Of a stretch of 64,000 nucleotides of DNA, positions 13,874 to 28,451 are shown piece after piece. Positions within the stretch are counted from its first letter, which is position 1. Each line of letters opens with the position of its first letter. The position numbers and the translations under genes are program-made. The stretch comes from Eledone cirrhosa (lineage: Eukaryota): NCBI GenBank assembly GCA_964016885.1, contig OZ024764.1:2232001-2296000 (forward strand), written 5' to 3'. The notes beneath the pieces are model-generated. The model ran no database searches, was not told the origin of the DNA, and saw only the letters and a program-made list of their open reading frames with translations.

Positions 13874-16800
13874 GGATAGGTGGGGTAGGAATCATGTTAG
13901 CAGAAAAGTGGGTGGATAAGATAATAGATGTAAATAGAGTAAATGACAGAATAATTAAAATAAGACTTGTTCTAAACAGAACTACGGTGACAGTAATATC
14001 TGCGTACGCGCCCGAATCCGGACTGCCTGGCACTATAAAAGACAGATTCTATGAGACACTGATGCTCACTACCTCCCAAATAACCGATAGTGACTATATA
14101 ATTATTGCTGGCGACCTAAATGGCCACGTTGGTCAACATTGTGACGGCTATGATGAAATCCACGGAGGCTATGGGTTTGGTACTAGAAATGAGGAAGGCT
14201 CCAGAATCCTGGAATTCTGTGACGCAAATAACCTAACTATCTGTAACACTAACTTCAAAAAACGAGACCATCACTTGATCACCTACAGATCAGGGGAACA
14301 TAGAAGACATGACAGAGTGTCTGTTGTAAACACTAAATCCCTCCCCCATGAAGAATGCACCTCCCAACATAGACTGATAATTAGCGACCTCATAGTCAGG
14401 ACGAGACGTACTCGACAGCAGAATAGGACTATCCTCAGGAGAAAAATATGGAAGCTAAAGGACCCCACAGCCAGAAATAAATTTAAAAGCATATTACTTG
14501 ATGCTTTCGACAGTAAGGAAGAGCAATTAGAGTCGTACAATATAGAGGAACAGTGGTAATTCCTGAAAGCAAACCTGCTGATGGCGGCAGACAAAGTCTG
14601 TGGCTGGAGCAGGCCTGTAGGCAGGAGGAGAGTAACATGGTGGTGGAACAGTAAGGTGGAGGAGTCAATTAAGGCCAAAAAGCAGGCTTGGAAAGTATGG
14701 CGGGATGGGGGAAGTAGAGAAGACTATCAAGTGGCCAGGAGGGAAGCTAGGAGACAAGTGTACTTCGCAAGAAGGGAAGCAGAGGAAAGAAAGTTCAAGC
14801 ATGTTCTACAACGCGAGGACCAAAAACGTGAGGTGTTCAGGATTGCTAGGCAATGTGTCAAGGAAAACCGTGATATTGTCGGGGAGAAGTGTGTACTTAA
14901 TGATGATGGCGTACTTGCCATCACTGACGCTGATAAGAAAGTAGCTTGGAAGTGTCACTACGAAAGGCTACTAAATGAGGAGAATAAATGGGAGAAAGAC
15001 AGTCTCCCCACATCGATCCAATAGAGGGACCAGCAGTGCAAGTAGTATAATAAGTAAAGTAGTATAATAAGTAAGGCAATCAAAGATATGAAGACGGGTA
15101 AGGCGGCTGGGCCTTCGGAAATAGTTGCTGAGATGCTGAAAGCCTCTGGAACGGTGGGACACACCATGGTCACCCAGATAGTAAACAAAGTCATACAGAA
15201 TGGGGTTGTTCCGAAGGACTGGCGTAGCAGCATCATCATTAACTGCTACAAGGGTAAAGGAGACGCCCTAGATAGGAGTAACTATAGAGGCATTAAATTA
15301 ATCGACCAGGTCATGAAGGTCACGGAAAAAGTAATAGCGCAACTAATCAGAGAGAGAATCGATCTAGATGAAATGCAGTTCGGGTTTGTGTCAGGCAAAA
15401 GTACCACAGATGCTCTTTTCATTGTACGACAACTACAGGAGAAGTACCTAGCTAAAAGTAAAGCCCTATACTTAGCTTTCGTCGACTTGGAGAAAGCCTT
15501 CGACAGAGTCCCCCGTTCCATTATCTGGTGGGCTCTTAGAAAACTAGGTGTTGATGAATGGCTTGTGAGAGCTATACAAGCCATGTATAAAGAAACAGTC
15601 AGCAAGGTTAGAATGAACAACGAATATAGTTAAGAGTTTAGCTTAAAAGTTGGTGTTCATCAGAGCTCTGTTCTTAGCCCCCTACTATTTATTATTGCCC
15701 TTCAGGCTATAACAGTGGAGTTCAAGACCGGCTGCCCATGGGAACTCCTATACGCAGATGATCTAACGCTCATAGCTGAATCAATGGCCGAGCTAGAGAA
15801 GAAATTCCAAACATGGAAGCACGGCCTAGAATCAAAAGGCCTTAAAATTAACCTGGCTAAGACTAAAGTTCTAGTTTGTAGGTAAGAAAATAAGGCGCCG
15901 GTCCCTTCCGGGAAATGGCTATGCTCAGTGTGTAGGAAAAGCGTAGGTAGAAACTCCATTTTATGTCCCAAATGCAAAGTATGGGTGCATAAAAGATGTA
16001 GTGGGATCATAGGTAAGCTAACTAAGAACATAGATTTTATATGTGGCCGGTGCTCGGGTGCAATAAGTAGCAGCAAGTGCCCACAAAATGCTAGCTCTTT
16101 CAATTGCGTAGAGGGTTCTATAGAAATAGTGGACACCTTCCGTTACCTGGGTGACAAAATCAGCAGTGGGGGAGGGTGCTCTGAAAGTACAGTAGGTAGA
16201 GTCAGAACTGGATGGAAAAAGTTCAGAGAGCTTATACCACTATTAGCCGCTAAAGGGTTCTCCCTAAAAATGAAAGGCAGGCTGTATCATGCCTGCATAC
16301 GAACAGCAATGTTGCATGGCAGTAAGACCTGGGCATTGTGTGCAGAGGATATACGCAGACTAGAGAGGAACGAAGCTTGCATGCTCCGCTAGATGTGTAA
16401 TAGTAATATACGTGAATGGCAAAGCATAAACGAACTAAGGGAAAAATTAGAAATAAGAGGGATCAGATGTTGTTTACTCGAGAGAAGGCTACGTTGGTAT
16501 GGTCACGTAATGCACATGAAAGACGACAGCTGTATAAAAAAGTGCAGGGCAATAAAGATAGACGGTAGCCACGGAGTAGGCAGACCCAGAAAAACCTGGG
16601 ACGACCTGATAAACTCCGACCTCACACACTTACACCTCTCCAAGACAATGTCACTGGACCGAAACATTTGGCGGTACTCAGTAATAGAGAAGACCCGCCT
16701 TACCTAAATACAAAGTAAAACCTACTACAGTCAGTAGGCATCTCTAACAAAATACACCCCCACCCCATCCACACCGCCCCTTTCAATGTAAAGTTATGTT

Positions 16801-17080
16801 GGTGCCACAACATCCAGGCTGAAACAAATGAGATCGTGTAGGTGTCACGACAAAAAAACACACAGTCCACGCTGTAAGTGTAGGCAACACAGTAAAAACC
16901 TCCCAGTCCGACACTGTAAATATGGTTGGTGTTAGGAAGGACATCCAGCTGTAGAAAACCCGCCAGACAGTCCTATGCGAGCAAGACAACCACTCTTGCC
17001 TCAAGTGGGAAAACTCCCGTCCAAACCCATGCAAGCGTGGAACATGGACGTTAAACGATGATGATGATGATGATGATGAT
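13870..17080 (+). mobile_element. 5'-truncated, inactivated RTE-clade LINE (APE endonuclease + RT + PHD-like finger + 3' UTR)
   Basis: APE motifs SAYAP and IIAGDLNGHVG. RT motifs KGKGD..DRSNYRGIKL, QFGF, FVDLEKAFDRV and YADD at ~15751. Several stops and frameshifts. (GAT)n tail at ~17057-17080. Confidence 0.95.
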
Positions 17081-17087
17081 AGAAGAC

Positions 17088-17134
17088 ATTCTACAGGACT
17101 AGAACTGTTTCATTCTTTAGAAATCATCAGGAAT
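17088..17134 (-). ncRNA. Type I hammerhead ribozyme (family A)
   Basis: ATTC-CTGATGA-TTTCTAAAGAAT-GAAA-CAGTTCTAGTCCTG-TA-GAAT. The family 3' tail runs the opposite way (17138-17202 +). Confidence 0.75.
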
Positions 17135-17203
17135 CTTTTATACTCTGCTATATATTGAGTACCTTACTTACTGTGGTTACCTCCGATTCAACCCGGAATA
17201 ATG

Positions 17204-17236
<33 letters not shown>

Positions 17237-17307
17237 CCAGGAAGCTCCAACCGTTAAGGTTGTCTTTTTTTCTGGGTATGTCAATATTTATTTATAAAAC
17301 AAATCTG

Positions 17308-17373
17308 TATTTTATCTGATGAAAGCGCACCATAATTTGCCTTGGTTGCCCTTGAAATATATATAATAAAATA
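17308..17373 (+). ncRNA. Type I hammerhead ribozyme (family B)
   Basis: TATTTTAT-CTGATGA-AAGCGCACCA.loop.TGGTTGCCCTT-GAAA-TATATA-TA-ATAAAATA, with an 8-bp stem I and a palindromic stem III. Confidence 0.8.
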
Positions 17374-17973
17374 AATATGGTTTTATAAATATAGTTTCCA
17401 TTTATTAATATATTATATATATATATATATGTGTGTGTGTGAAGTAATGCCGTTGGAAAGGTACAGGAAAAAAGAGTGCTCTATGTAGGCTACAGAGCTT
17501 ATTAGTTACTGGTAAATGAAATAATCTTCATCATCATCGTTTAATGACCATCTTCCACGCTAGCATGGGTTTGAACTGGAATTGTCCCACTTGAGGCAAG
17601 ATTGGTTGTCTTGCTCAGGACTGTCTGGCGGGTTTGCTACGGCTGGATGCCCTTCCTAACACCAACCACGTTTACAGTGTGGACTGGGAAGTTTTTACCG
17701 TGTTACCTACACGGCCACATTACAGCGTGCTGTTTATTACATAACTAAATAAATATATATATATATATAATTGGAAATCAGTAAAATCGAATCTCTAGCG
17801 GTTTGCAAGTGAATTCGGACTACTTATATGAAATGATGAGTTAGCAAAGCACTCGGTAAGATAGGACCTTAGAGTTATAACATGCGTTTAAATAGCTTGA
17901 CAAATCGAACATTGTGGTAGGCGAAACTAACACACAATATATATACCAAAGTAACGTTAGAATTAATCAGGTT

Positions 17974-19733
17974 GTGAGTGAGTGAGTGAGTGAGTGAGTG
18001 AGTGAGTGAGTGAGTGAGTGAGTGAGTGAGTGAGTGAGTGAGTGAGTGAGTGAGTGAGTGAGTGAGTGAGTGAGTGAGTGAGTGAGTGAGTGAGTGAGTG
18101 AGTGAGTGAGTGAGTGAGTGAGTGAGTGAGTGAGTGAGTGAGTGAGTGAGTGAGTGAGTGAGTGAGTGAGTGAGTGAGTGAGTGAGTGAGTGAGTGAGTG
18201 AGTGAGTGAGTGAGTGAGTGAGTGAGTGAGTGAGTGAGTGAGTGAGTGAGTGAGTGAGTGAGTGAGTGAGTGAGTGAGTGAGTGAGTGAGTGAGTGAGTG
18301 AGTGAGTGAGTGAGTGAGTGAGTGAGTGAGTGAGTGAGTGAGTGAGTGAGTGAGTGAGTGAGTGAGTGAGTGAGTGAGTGAGTGAGTGAGTGAGTGAGTG
18401 AGTGAGTGAGTGAGTGAGTGAGTGAGTGAGTGAGTGAGTGAGTGAGTGAGTGAGTGAGTGAGTGAGTGAGTGAGTGAGTGAGTGAGTGAGTGAGTGAGTG
18501 AGTGAGTGAGTGAGTGAGTGAGTGAGTGAGTGAGTGAGTGAGTGAGTGAGTGAGTGAGTGAGTGAGTGAGTGAGTGAGTGAGTGAGTGAGTGAGTGAGTG
18601 AGTGAGTGAGTGAGTGAGTGAGTGAGTGAGTGAGTGAGTGAGTGAGTGAGTGAGTGAGTGAGTGAGTGAGTGAGTGAGTGAGTGAGTGAGTGAGTGAGTG
18701 AGTGAGTGAGTGAGTGAGTGAGTGAGTGAGTGAGTGAGTGAGTGAGTGAGTGAGTGAGTGAGTGAGTGAGTGAGTGAGTGAGTGAGTGAGTGAGTGAGTG
18801 AGTGAGTGAGTGAGTGAGTGAGTGAGTGAGTGAGTGAGTGAGTGAGTGAGTGAGTGAGTGAGTGAGTGAGTGAGTGAGTGAGTGAGTGAGTGAGTGAGTG
18901 AGTGAGTGAGTGAGTGAGTGAGTGAGTGAGTGAGTGAGTGAGTGAGTGAGTGAGTGAGTGAGTGAGTGAGTGAGTGAGTGAGTGAGTGAGTGAGTGAGTG
19001 AGTGAGTGAGTGAGTGAGTGAGTGAGTGAGTGAGTGAGTGAGTGAGTGAGTGAGTGAGTGAGTGAGTGAGTGAGTGAGTGAGTGAGTGAGTGAGTGAGTG
19101 AGTGAGTGAGTGAGTGAGTGAGTGAGTGAGTGAGTGAGTGAGTGAGTGAGTGAGTGAGTGAGTGAGTGAGTGAGTGAGTGAGTGAGTGAGTGAGTGAGTG
19201 AGTGAGTGAGTGAGTGAGTGAGTGAGTGAGTGAGTGAGTGAGTGAGTGAGTGAGTGAGTGAGTGAGTGAGTGAGTGAGTGAGTGAGTGAGTGAGTGAGTG
19301 AGTGAGTGAGTGAGTGAGTGAGTGAGTGAGTGAGTGAGTGAGTGAGTGAGTGAGTGAGTGAGTGAGTGAGTGAGTGAGTGAGTGAGTGAGTGAGTGAGTG
19401 AGTGAGTGAGTGAGTGAGTGAGTGAGTGAGTGAGTGAGTGAGTGAGTGAGTGAGTGAGTGAGTGAGTGAGTGAGTGAGTGAGTGAGTGAGTGAGTGAGTG
19501 AGTGAGTGAGTGAGTGAGTGAGTGAGTGAGTGAGTGAGTGAGTGAGTGAGTGAGTGAGTGAGTGAGTGAGTGAGTGAGTGAGTGAGTGAGTGAGTGGAGT
19601 GAGTGAGTGAGTGAGTGAGTGAGTGAGTGAGTGAGTGAGTGAGTGAGTGAGTGAGTGAGTGAGTGAGTGAGTGAGTGAGTGGTGAGTGAGTGAGTGAGTG
19701 AGTGAGTGAGTGAGTGAGTGAGTGAGTGAGTGA

Positions 19734-19740
<7 letters not shown>
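17974..19740. repeat. Nearly pure (GTGA)n tetranucleotide array, ~440 units
   Basis: Only two 1-nt slips seen (~19596 and ~19681). Followed by (GT)n. Confidence 0.98.
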
Positions 19741-19797
<57 letters not shown>

Positions 19798-20039
19798 ATA
19801 CATATATATATATGTGTGTGTGTGTATGTGTATGTGTGTGTGTATGTGTGTGTATATATATATGTGTGTGTGTGTGTGTATGTGTGTGTATATATATGTG
19901 TGTGTATATATATATATGTGTGTATGTGTGTATGTATATATATATATATGTGTGTGTGTGTATATATATATATAAAGATGGATATTGTCCCTTCCCTCTC
20001 TTATCATTTCTCATTCTTTTTTCTTTCTTTCTATTCCAG

Positions 20040-20423
20040 TTACAGACAGCGAAACAACAGCAAAGCACCATGGGAATCCAATCTAAAGAGAGCGCCGAGC
20101 GAGAGGCTAAGACAGCCAAAAGTGTTCTCATCATTGTCTTTCTCTTCCTCGTCTCTTGGTTCCCCCTCTATACCATCAACGCCATCATATTGTTCTGTAA
20201 AGACTGCGTCATTCCACCGATCCTTATGAACTTCTCGGTCATCCTGTCGCACGCAAACTCTGTCTGGAACCCGGGGCTCTATGCCTGGGGACTGTCTGAC
20301 TTCCGCGCCGCCCTGTACAAAGTTATGTGCCCCTGTCGACCGTCAGCATCTCAGCAGCTGGCAATAGCGTCATCAACACGAAGACAGTCACAGTCAGTGT
20401 ACAACCACCACACAATATCTTAA
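20040..20423 (+). CDS. AdoR: Last coding exon of an adenosine-receptor-like class A GPCR (ICL3 end, TM6, ECL3, TM7, helix 8, C-tail)
   Basis: Polypyrimidine tract plus CAG acceptor ending at 20039 (phase 0). Peptide EREAKTAKSVLIIVFLFLVSWFPLYTINAIILFCKDC...ILSHANSVWNPGLYAWGLSDFR contains WxP, an ECL3 CxxC, LSHANS and NPxxY as in adenosine receptors. Stop TAA at 20421-20423. Upstream exons are not seen in the window. Confidence 0.88.
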   Translation, partial: LQTAKQQQSTMGIQSKESAEREAKTAKSVLIIVFLFLVSWFPLYTINAIILFCKDCVIPPILMNFSVILSHANSVWNPGLYAWGLSDFRAALYKVMCPCRPSASQQLAIASSTRRQSQSVYNHHTIS

Positions 20424-20689
20424 CGTCAAAAGAAATATATATATACATACATACATAGCTACCTACACTCCTGACATGGCCTATACCCAAGACAACGGTG
20501 GACATCAATCAGGGAAGGGTTCCTTTGGTAGGAGTGAAAAGGCCCTGGATGCAATATATATATATATAAGAGAAAGAAAGAATTATTTTAATTTAAAGAA
20601 ATGTTGCCACCTGAAGACAGTCACGGCCTAATTACAACCACTGCTCGACCCCTTAACGGAAAAAAGGAGAAAAAAGAACATTATTTTCA

Positions 20690-21940
20690 TCTAACCCTTT
20701 CGTTACCATATTTCTAATGGAAGACTGTGTCCCATAAGATTTCCAAATAATCAAGAATTTGGAGGGATTTAGGAATATAACTAACGTCCTCGTTATTAAC
20801 CTTTAGAACATTGGGAGCGACACAAAGCACCACAGAGTTATCTCCCCTTAATACACAATGCACAGTCAACGGAAGTAATTCATAAAAAAAAATTCAGTGT
20901 GCTAGAGGTTAAGCTGGTGTTTGGAACATATCTTAACAAAGGTTCTTACATAAAATTATGATGGAAGGTTTTGAAATAAATATAAACACTTTAACCCTTT
21001 CATTACCATATTTCTAATGGAAGACACTGTTGGTGTTTGGAACATAACTTAACAAGGGTTTTTAAATAAAATTATGATGGAAGGTTTTTAGATAAATATA
21101 AACACTTTAACCCTTTCATTACCATATTTCTAATGGAAGACACTGTTGGTGTTTGGAACATAACTTAACAAAGGTTCTTACATAAAATTATGATGGAAGG
21201 TTTTGAGATAAATATAAACACGTTAACCCTTTCATTACCATATTTCTAATGAAAGACACTGTTGGTGTTTTGGAACATAACTTAACAAAGGTTCTTACAT
21301 AAAATTATGATGGAAGGTTTTGAGATAAATATAAACACTTTTAACCCTTTCATTACCATATTTCTAATGAAAGACACTGTTGGTGTTTGAACATAACCTT
21401 AACAAAGGTTCTTACATAAAATTATGATGGAAGGTTTTGAGATAAATATAAACACTTTAACCCTTTCATTGCCATATTTCTAATGAAAGACACTGTGGTG
21501 TTTGGAACATAACTAACAAAGGTTCTTACATAAAATTATGATGCAAGGTTTTTAGATAAATATAAACACATTAACCCTTTCATTACCATATTTCTAATGA
21601 AAGGTTAACCTGGTGTTTGGAACATAACTTAACAAAGGTTCTTACACCAAATTATGATGGAAGGTTTTTCAAAAACTATAAACACTTTGAAATAAACAGT
21701 TTTATATGATAGGACCAGGGGTGCTTTGAGAAGGTTTTATGCCAAAAGTGTTAAGAATTGTGTTTGACAATAACTTAACAAAAGGAAAATATATATTGGT
21801 ATATTAAGCCGGTGTTTGGGACATAACTTAACAAAGGTTCTTACATAAAATCATAATGCAAAGTTTTTCTAAAAATATAAACACTTTAAAACAAGGAGAG
21901 CTCTACTGTAGACCAGAACAGTTTGGTATCAAAAGGATTA
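20690..21940 (+). repeat. 116-bp tandem array within piggyBac-like MITE sequence
   Basis: Unit TTAACCCTTTCATTACCATATTTCTAATG...GGTGTTTGGAACATAACTTAACAAAGG...AAACACT, about 6 tandem copies. Right-end-like sequences GCCAAAAGTGTTAA and GGTATCAAAAGGATTAA. Confidence 0.75.
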
Positions 21941-21958
21941 AATACGAAACAAATGTGC

Positions 21959-24020
<2,062 letters not shown>

Positions 24021-24566
24021 CACACACTAAAAAAAAATTATTTTACTTTAAACAAAAACTAAAATGAGAAACCCTGGTTTAAAATAAACACATTAGAGAA
24101 TGCAGTGGCAGCATGGAATTGTCAGTGACAGAGTCTGTAGAGCATCGGTTGGTCAGACAGCAAAGACATTTAGACTTCGATTCATTCTGAGAGGGTGGCG
24201 ACGGTGAGTCGATAAAATGAAATACCAGTAACATACCGGGGATTGATATAGTCGACTATGCTTCTCTCAGCAACTTTTGGTGATGGGGTTTATCTGATTT
24301 AACCCCTTACCATTTACATTACTCTAAATACACAGAGTATTTTCGCAGTAAACGCTTTACCTCACATAATATTTACATTACTCTATATTTATAGAGTATT
24401 TTCGTGGTAAAGTCTTTATCTCACATAATATCTAATCTACGAGATTTTGATGATATTTATATTTTGAGAACAATACATTAACATAAGTATGAGCGGCCAG
24501 TTACGGCTGGTTTGAACAGAAAGAGGTGAGAGAATTCTGGCCAGATAGAGCCAGCTTAAATTACAG

Positions 24567-24601
<35 letters not shown>

Positions 24602-25619
24602 GTTGTTGTTATTAAGAGTGGTGATGTGGAATATTCGGTAGAACTCCTGAAACAAATTGGTGGTGGTGAAGTAGCAGGGATTTGGTAAGCAGAGTACCCA
24701 TAGAGCGTATTTAACAAAAATTAATTGGGACCCTCAACAACAGCTTTTAAAACCAGTTATTATAAACACTTACACTCTCTCAGGAGGCTCACTTACCAAA
24801 ATGGTGAGGGTTGAGTTTAAATACTGCTGGGGGGTGGAGGCCTCTATGCTGAGGAAGGACATAAACATCTGAGAAGATGGAATGGTCATAACTAGAATGC
24901 CTTGGATTATAGTTTTACTTAACCAATCATCTGGAACATGTTTTGTTTTTACTTCACGAACTTAATCATTTCTACACTTCCTGATTGGTAAAGAACACTT
25001 GAAAAAAACAGGAAGTGGTCTGAGATAAACAATATCTGAGAAGAGGTGGTCATGGCTGGAATGCCTTCAGTCACATGTATTATTAATTAAATGAACCAAA
25101 CAATATTGGTATTCTTTCCCTGTTTTTTAATTTAAAAAATAAAATATTAAATTTTTGTTTTCATTTTCAAGACTGAATCTAAGATTAATTATATAAAAAA
25201 CACAAAGTAAATTCATAAAATATCAAAAAAACCAGAGAAAAACCAACAGTGTGGTCACTATTGGAGTGCCTTGGACAAGAAGAGCTCTGCCCAACCAATT
25301 ATCCAGAGAAACTTTATTTTATTATATTTTATTTTTCCTTGCAGGCGCATCTGTCCAGTTCCCCCGTCACCAGGGAATCTTTACACAATTTCGTTTTTTT
25401 TTTAACTATTATTTATTATAGCAAATGTCTATTATTGTAGTTATCTGCATTGGTGACAACTATTGATATATGCCACTTCTGGTGTTGAAGTAAAAGTATC
25501 ATCTTCACCTAAGCATAATGAGATTACCAGACAACTGATAAAAATATGTTGGAGTTTGAAGTATATGTGTGTATATACATGTGTGTATATTGCCTTGGAT
25601 ATTTCTACCAAACTTATAC

Positions 25620-25675
<56 letters not shown>

Positions 25676-25685
25676 ATGTAATAAA

Positions 25686-25910
25686 CAACATAAGATAATT
25701 ATTCCATTTACCAGTGGTTTCTTGAAGACAGATATTTATGTCTGTCTTCATTCATCAAAAAAATAATTTCTAATGAATGAAGACACATAAATATATGTCT
25801 TCCAGAAACCACTGGTAAATGAAATAATTATCTTATGTTGCTAAGAAGCTCTGTAGCCTACATAGAGCACTTGCTTTTGCTTTATTTCTCCTACGGAAAT
25901 ACTTCATTTA
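25686..25910. mobile_element. Fold-back element with two mutated hammerhead cores (family D; fragment at 17440-17528)
   Basis: Palindrome 25686-25840. + arm CTAATGA(25770)-ATGAAGACA...TGTCTTCCA-GAAA-CCACTGG-TA. The - arm has TTGATGA with the same stems. Downstream GCTC/GAGCACT stem-loop at 25847-25871. Confidence 0.65.
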
Positions 25911-25942
25911 TATATATATATCATCATCATCGTCATCATGAG

Positions 25943-26170
25943 TGAAGGCGTGTAGCTGAGTGGTTAGAGTATTGGATTCACAATCGTGAGGTTGTGAGTT
26001 CGATTCCTGAACCAGGCGATGCGTTATGTCCTTGAGCAAGACACTTTATTTCACGTTGCTCCTTCTACCTGGAGTTGCGACCGATAGATAGTATTAGCAA
26101 TTGGAAAGACCAACAGAAACATAGTTTCCTCGGTCCGATTTGACTAAAAAGTCGATCGACTGGAATAAAT
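25943..26170 (+). mobile_element. tRNA-derived SINE family 2 (second copy at 43228-43450 +)
   Basis: TGAAGGCGTGTAGCTGAGTGGTTAGAG (A box), GAGTTCGATTCC (B box), TCCTTGAGCAAGACACTT body and a distinct tail. Confidence 0.8.
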
Positions 26171-26453
26171 CGTCATCATTTCATTTTACGTCTGCTTTTC
26201 CCTGCTTGCAAGGGTGGGACGGGAACTGATTCTGGCTTGATTTCTACAGCTGGATGCCCTTCCTAACACCAACCTCATTTACAGTGAGTACTGGGTGCTA
26301 TTTTGCCGTGGCACCTCCACGACCACTTTGCAGTGGAATGATAGGGACCCCAGTCCCTATCATCTCATTTCTACAGCTGAGTAAACTGGAGCAATGTGAA
26401 ATAAAGTGTCTTGCTCAAGGAAACAACACATCTCCGAAGAGGGCTCGATAAGG

Positions 26454-26522
<69 letters not shown>

Positions 26523-26937
26523 GTAGAGCAAATATTTATTAAGATAACAGATTAAAGTTTCAGCAAAGAATCGCTTAAACTTTAATCTGTTATCTTAATA
26601 AATATACATATACATATATATACATATGTATATATATATATACATGTCTATACATATACATGTATATACATATATATATAAATATTTACACACACACACA
26701 CATATATATTATTATTATTATTAATAATACTGACTAAAAGTTTAAGCAATAAATTTTTGCTTTCACCCTAAGCAAGGTGTTCTGAAACTGATAAAAAATC
26801 AATCTGTAAACGCAGAAGTAAATATTTCAAAGAAGTTACAACCAAATATTGCCTTTAGAAAAGAGGAAGACATAACATTAGTATGAGGAGACATTCTCTT
26901 GAGATGATAGAGATGTATACAAGGATAGTTACTTATT

Positions 26938-27550
26938 ATTAAGCTGGTGTTTGGAACATAACTTAACAAAGGTTCTTACATAAAATTATGATGGAAAGTT
27001 TTTAGATAAATATAAACACTTTAACCCTTTCATTACCATATTTCTAATGAAAGACACTGTTGGTGTTTGGAACATAACTTAACAAAGGTTCTTACATAAA
27101 ATTATGATGGAAGGTTTTTAGATAAATATAAACACTTTAACCCTTCCATTACCATATTTCTAATGAAAGACACTGTTGGTGTTTGGAACATAACTTAACA
27201 AAGGTTCTTACATAAAATTAAGATGGAAGTTTTTTAGATAAATATAAACACTTTAACCCTTTCATTACCATATTTCTAATGAAAGACACTGTTGGTGTTT
27301 GGAACATAACTTAACAAAGGTTCTTACATAAAATTATGATGGAAGGTTTTTAGATAAATATAAACACTTTAACCCTTTCATTACCATATTTCTAATGAAA
27401 GACACTGTTGGTGTTTGGAACATAACTTAACAAAGGTTCTTACATAAAATTATGATGGAAAGTTTAGATAAATATAAACACTATAAAATAAACAGTTCAA
27501 CATCCTAGAATCAAGGGTGGTTTCGGGTGAGTTAGTATCAAAAGGGTTAA
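26938..27550 (+). repeat. Second 116-bp tandem array ending in a piggyBac-like right end
   Basis: About 4.5 copies of the same unit as 20690-21940. Ends AGTATCAAAAGGGTTAA. Confidence 0.8.
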
Positions 27551-27864
27551 AAAAAGATAAATACAAAAATAAAATACCATGGTACATACTGCGTTGTTTT
27601 GAAAGTTATGATGTGACATTGTCAAATGCATGCTGGGATGGATGTTGTTATGTTCACACATGAAGAAGTGCATGCTGGGATGCGTGTTGTGACCCTCAAT
27701 TGGTTTCCTCTCTCCTTTTCTCAGCCCCTGTCTCTGTTTTTCTCAATTTATTAATATTTCCCTCTCCTCAACACTTAAGCACACGCAAACTCGCTCGCAA
27801 ACATAAGTTCAAATGTGCTTCCAATAATATTGAATAAATTCCTTATATATATATATATATATAT

Positions 27865-28411
27865 ATGCAAAAGTTCTATTTAAAATTGTTGGGATACAAC
27901 AAGTAAATATTTTTATAACTGATATAAAGCACTCAACAAGTATTTGGAGTAGATATACAATATTAATAAATGGAAACTATATTTATAAAACCATATTTAT
28001 TTCATTATACATATTTCAGGGATACCAAATTAAATTATGGTATGCCTTCATCAGACAAAATACAATATATAACAGTTTTACAAATAAGCTTTGACGTAAC
28101 CTTTTAAAATGCAACCATTATTTTTGGAAGCCATCTGGATAGTGAATTGTTTATATTATTTTAATAAGACTTGTTAAAATAATATAAACAATTTAATAAG
28201 TCTTATTAAAATAATATAAACAAATCACTATCCGGATGGCTTCCAAAAATAATGGTTGCATTTTAAAAGGGTACGTCAAAGCTTATTTGTAAAACTGTTA
28301 TATATTGTATTTTGTCTGATGAAGGCATACCATAATTTAATTTGGTATCCCTGAAATATGTATAATGAAATAAATATGGTTTTATAAATATAGTTTCCAT
28401 TTATTAATATC

Positions 28412-28412
<1 letters not shown>
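27865..28412. mobile_element. Fold-back family B element with two antiparallel HHRs (27998-28062 -, 28308-28372 +)
   Basis: ~215-bp near-perfect arms (27958-28410). TATTTTGT-CTGATGA-AGGCATACCA.loop.TGGTATCCCT-GAAA-TATGTA-TA-ATGAAATA. (TA)n on both sides. Confidence 0.82.

Positions 28413-28448
<36 letters not shown>

Positions 28449-28451
<3 letters not shown>

Noticed and set aside
19734-20039. N-terminal extension of the GPCR ORF (VCVC...FSFFLFQ)
   Set aside because: Intronic microsatellite and polypyrimidine tract upstream of the acceptor AG.
17875-20134. 710-aa and 723-aa (THSL)n ORFs
   Set aside because: Reverse-strand reading of the (GTGA)n array.
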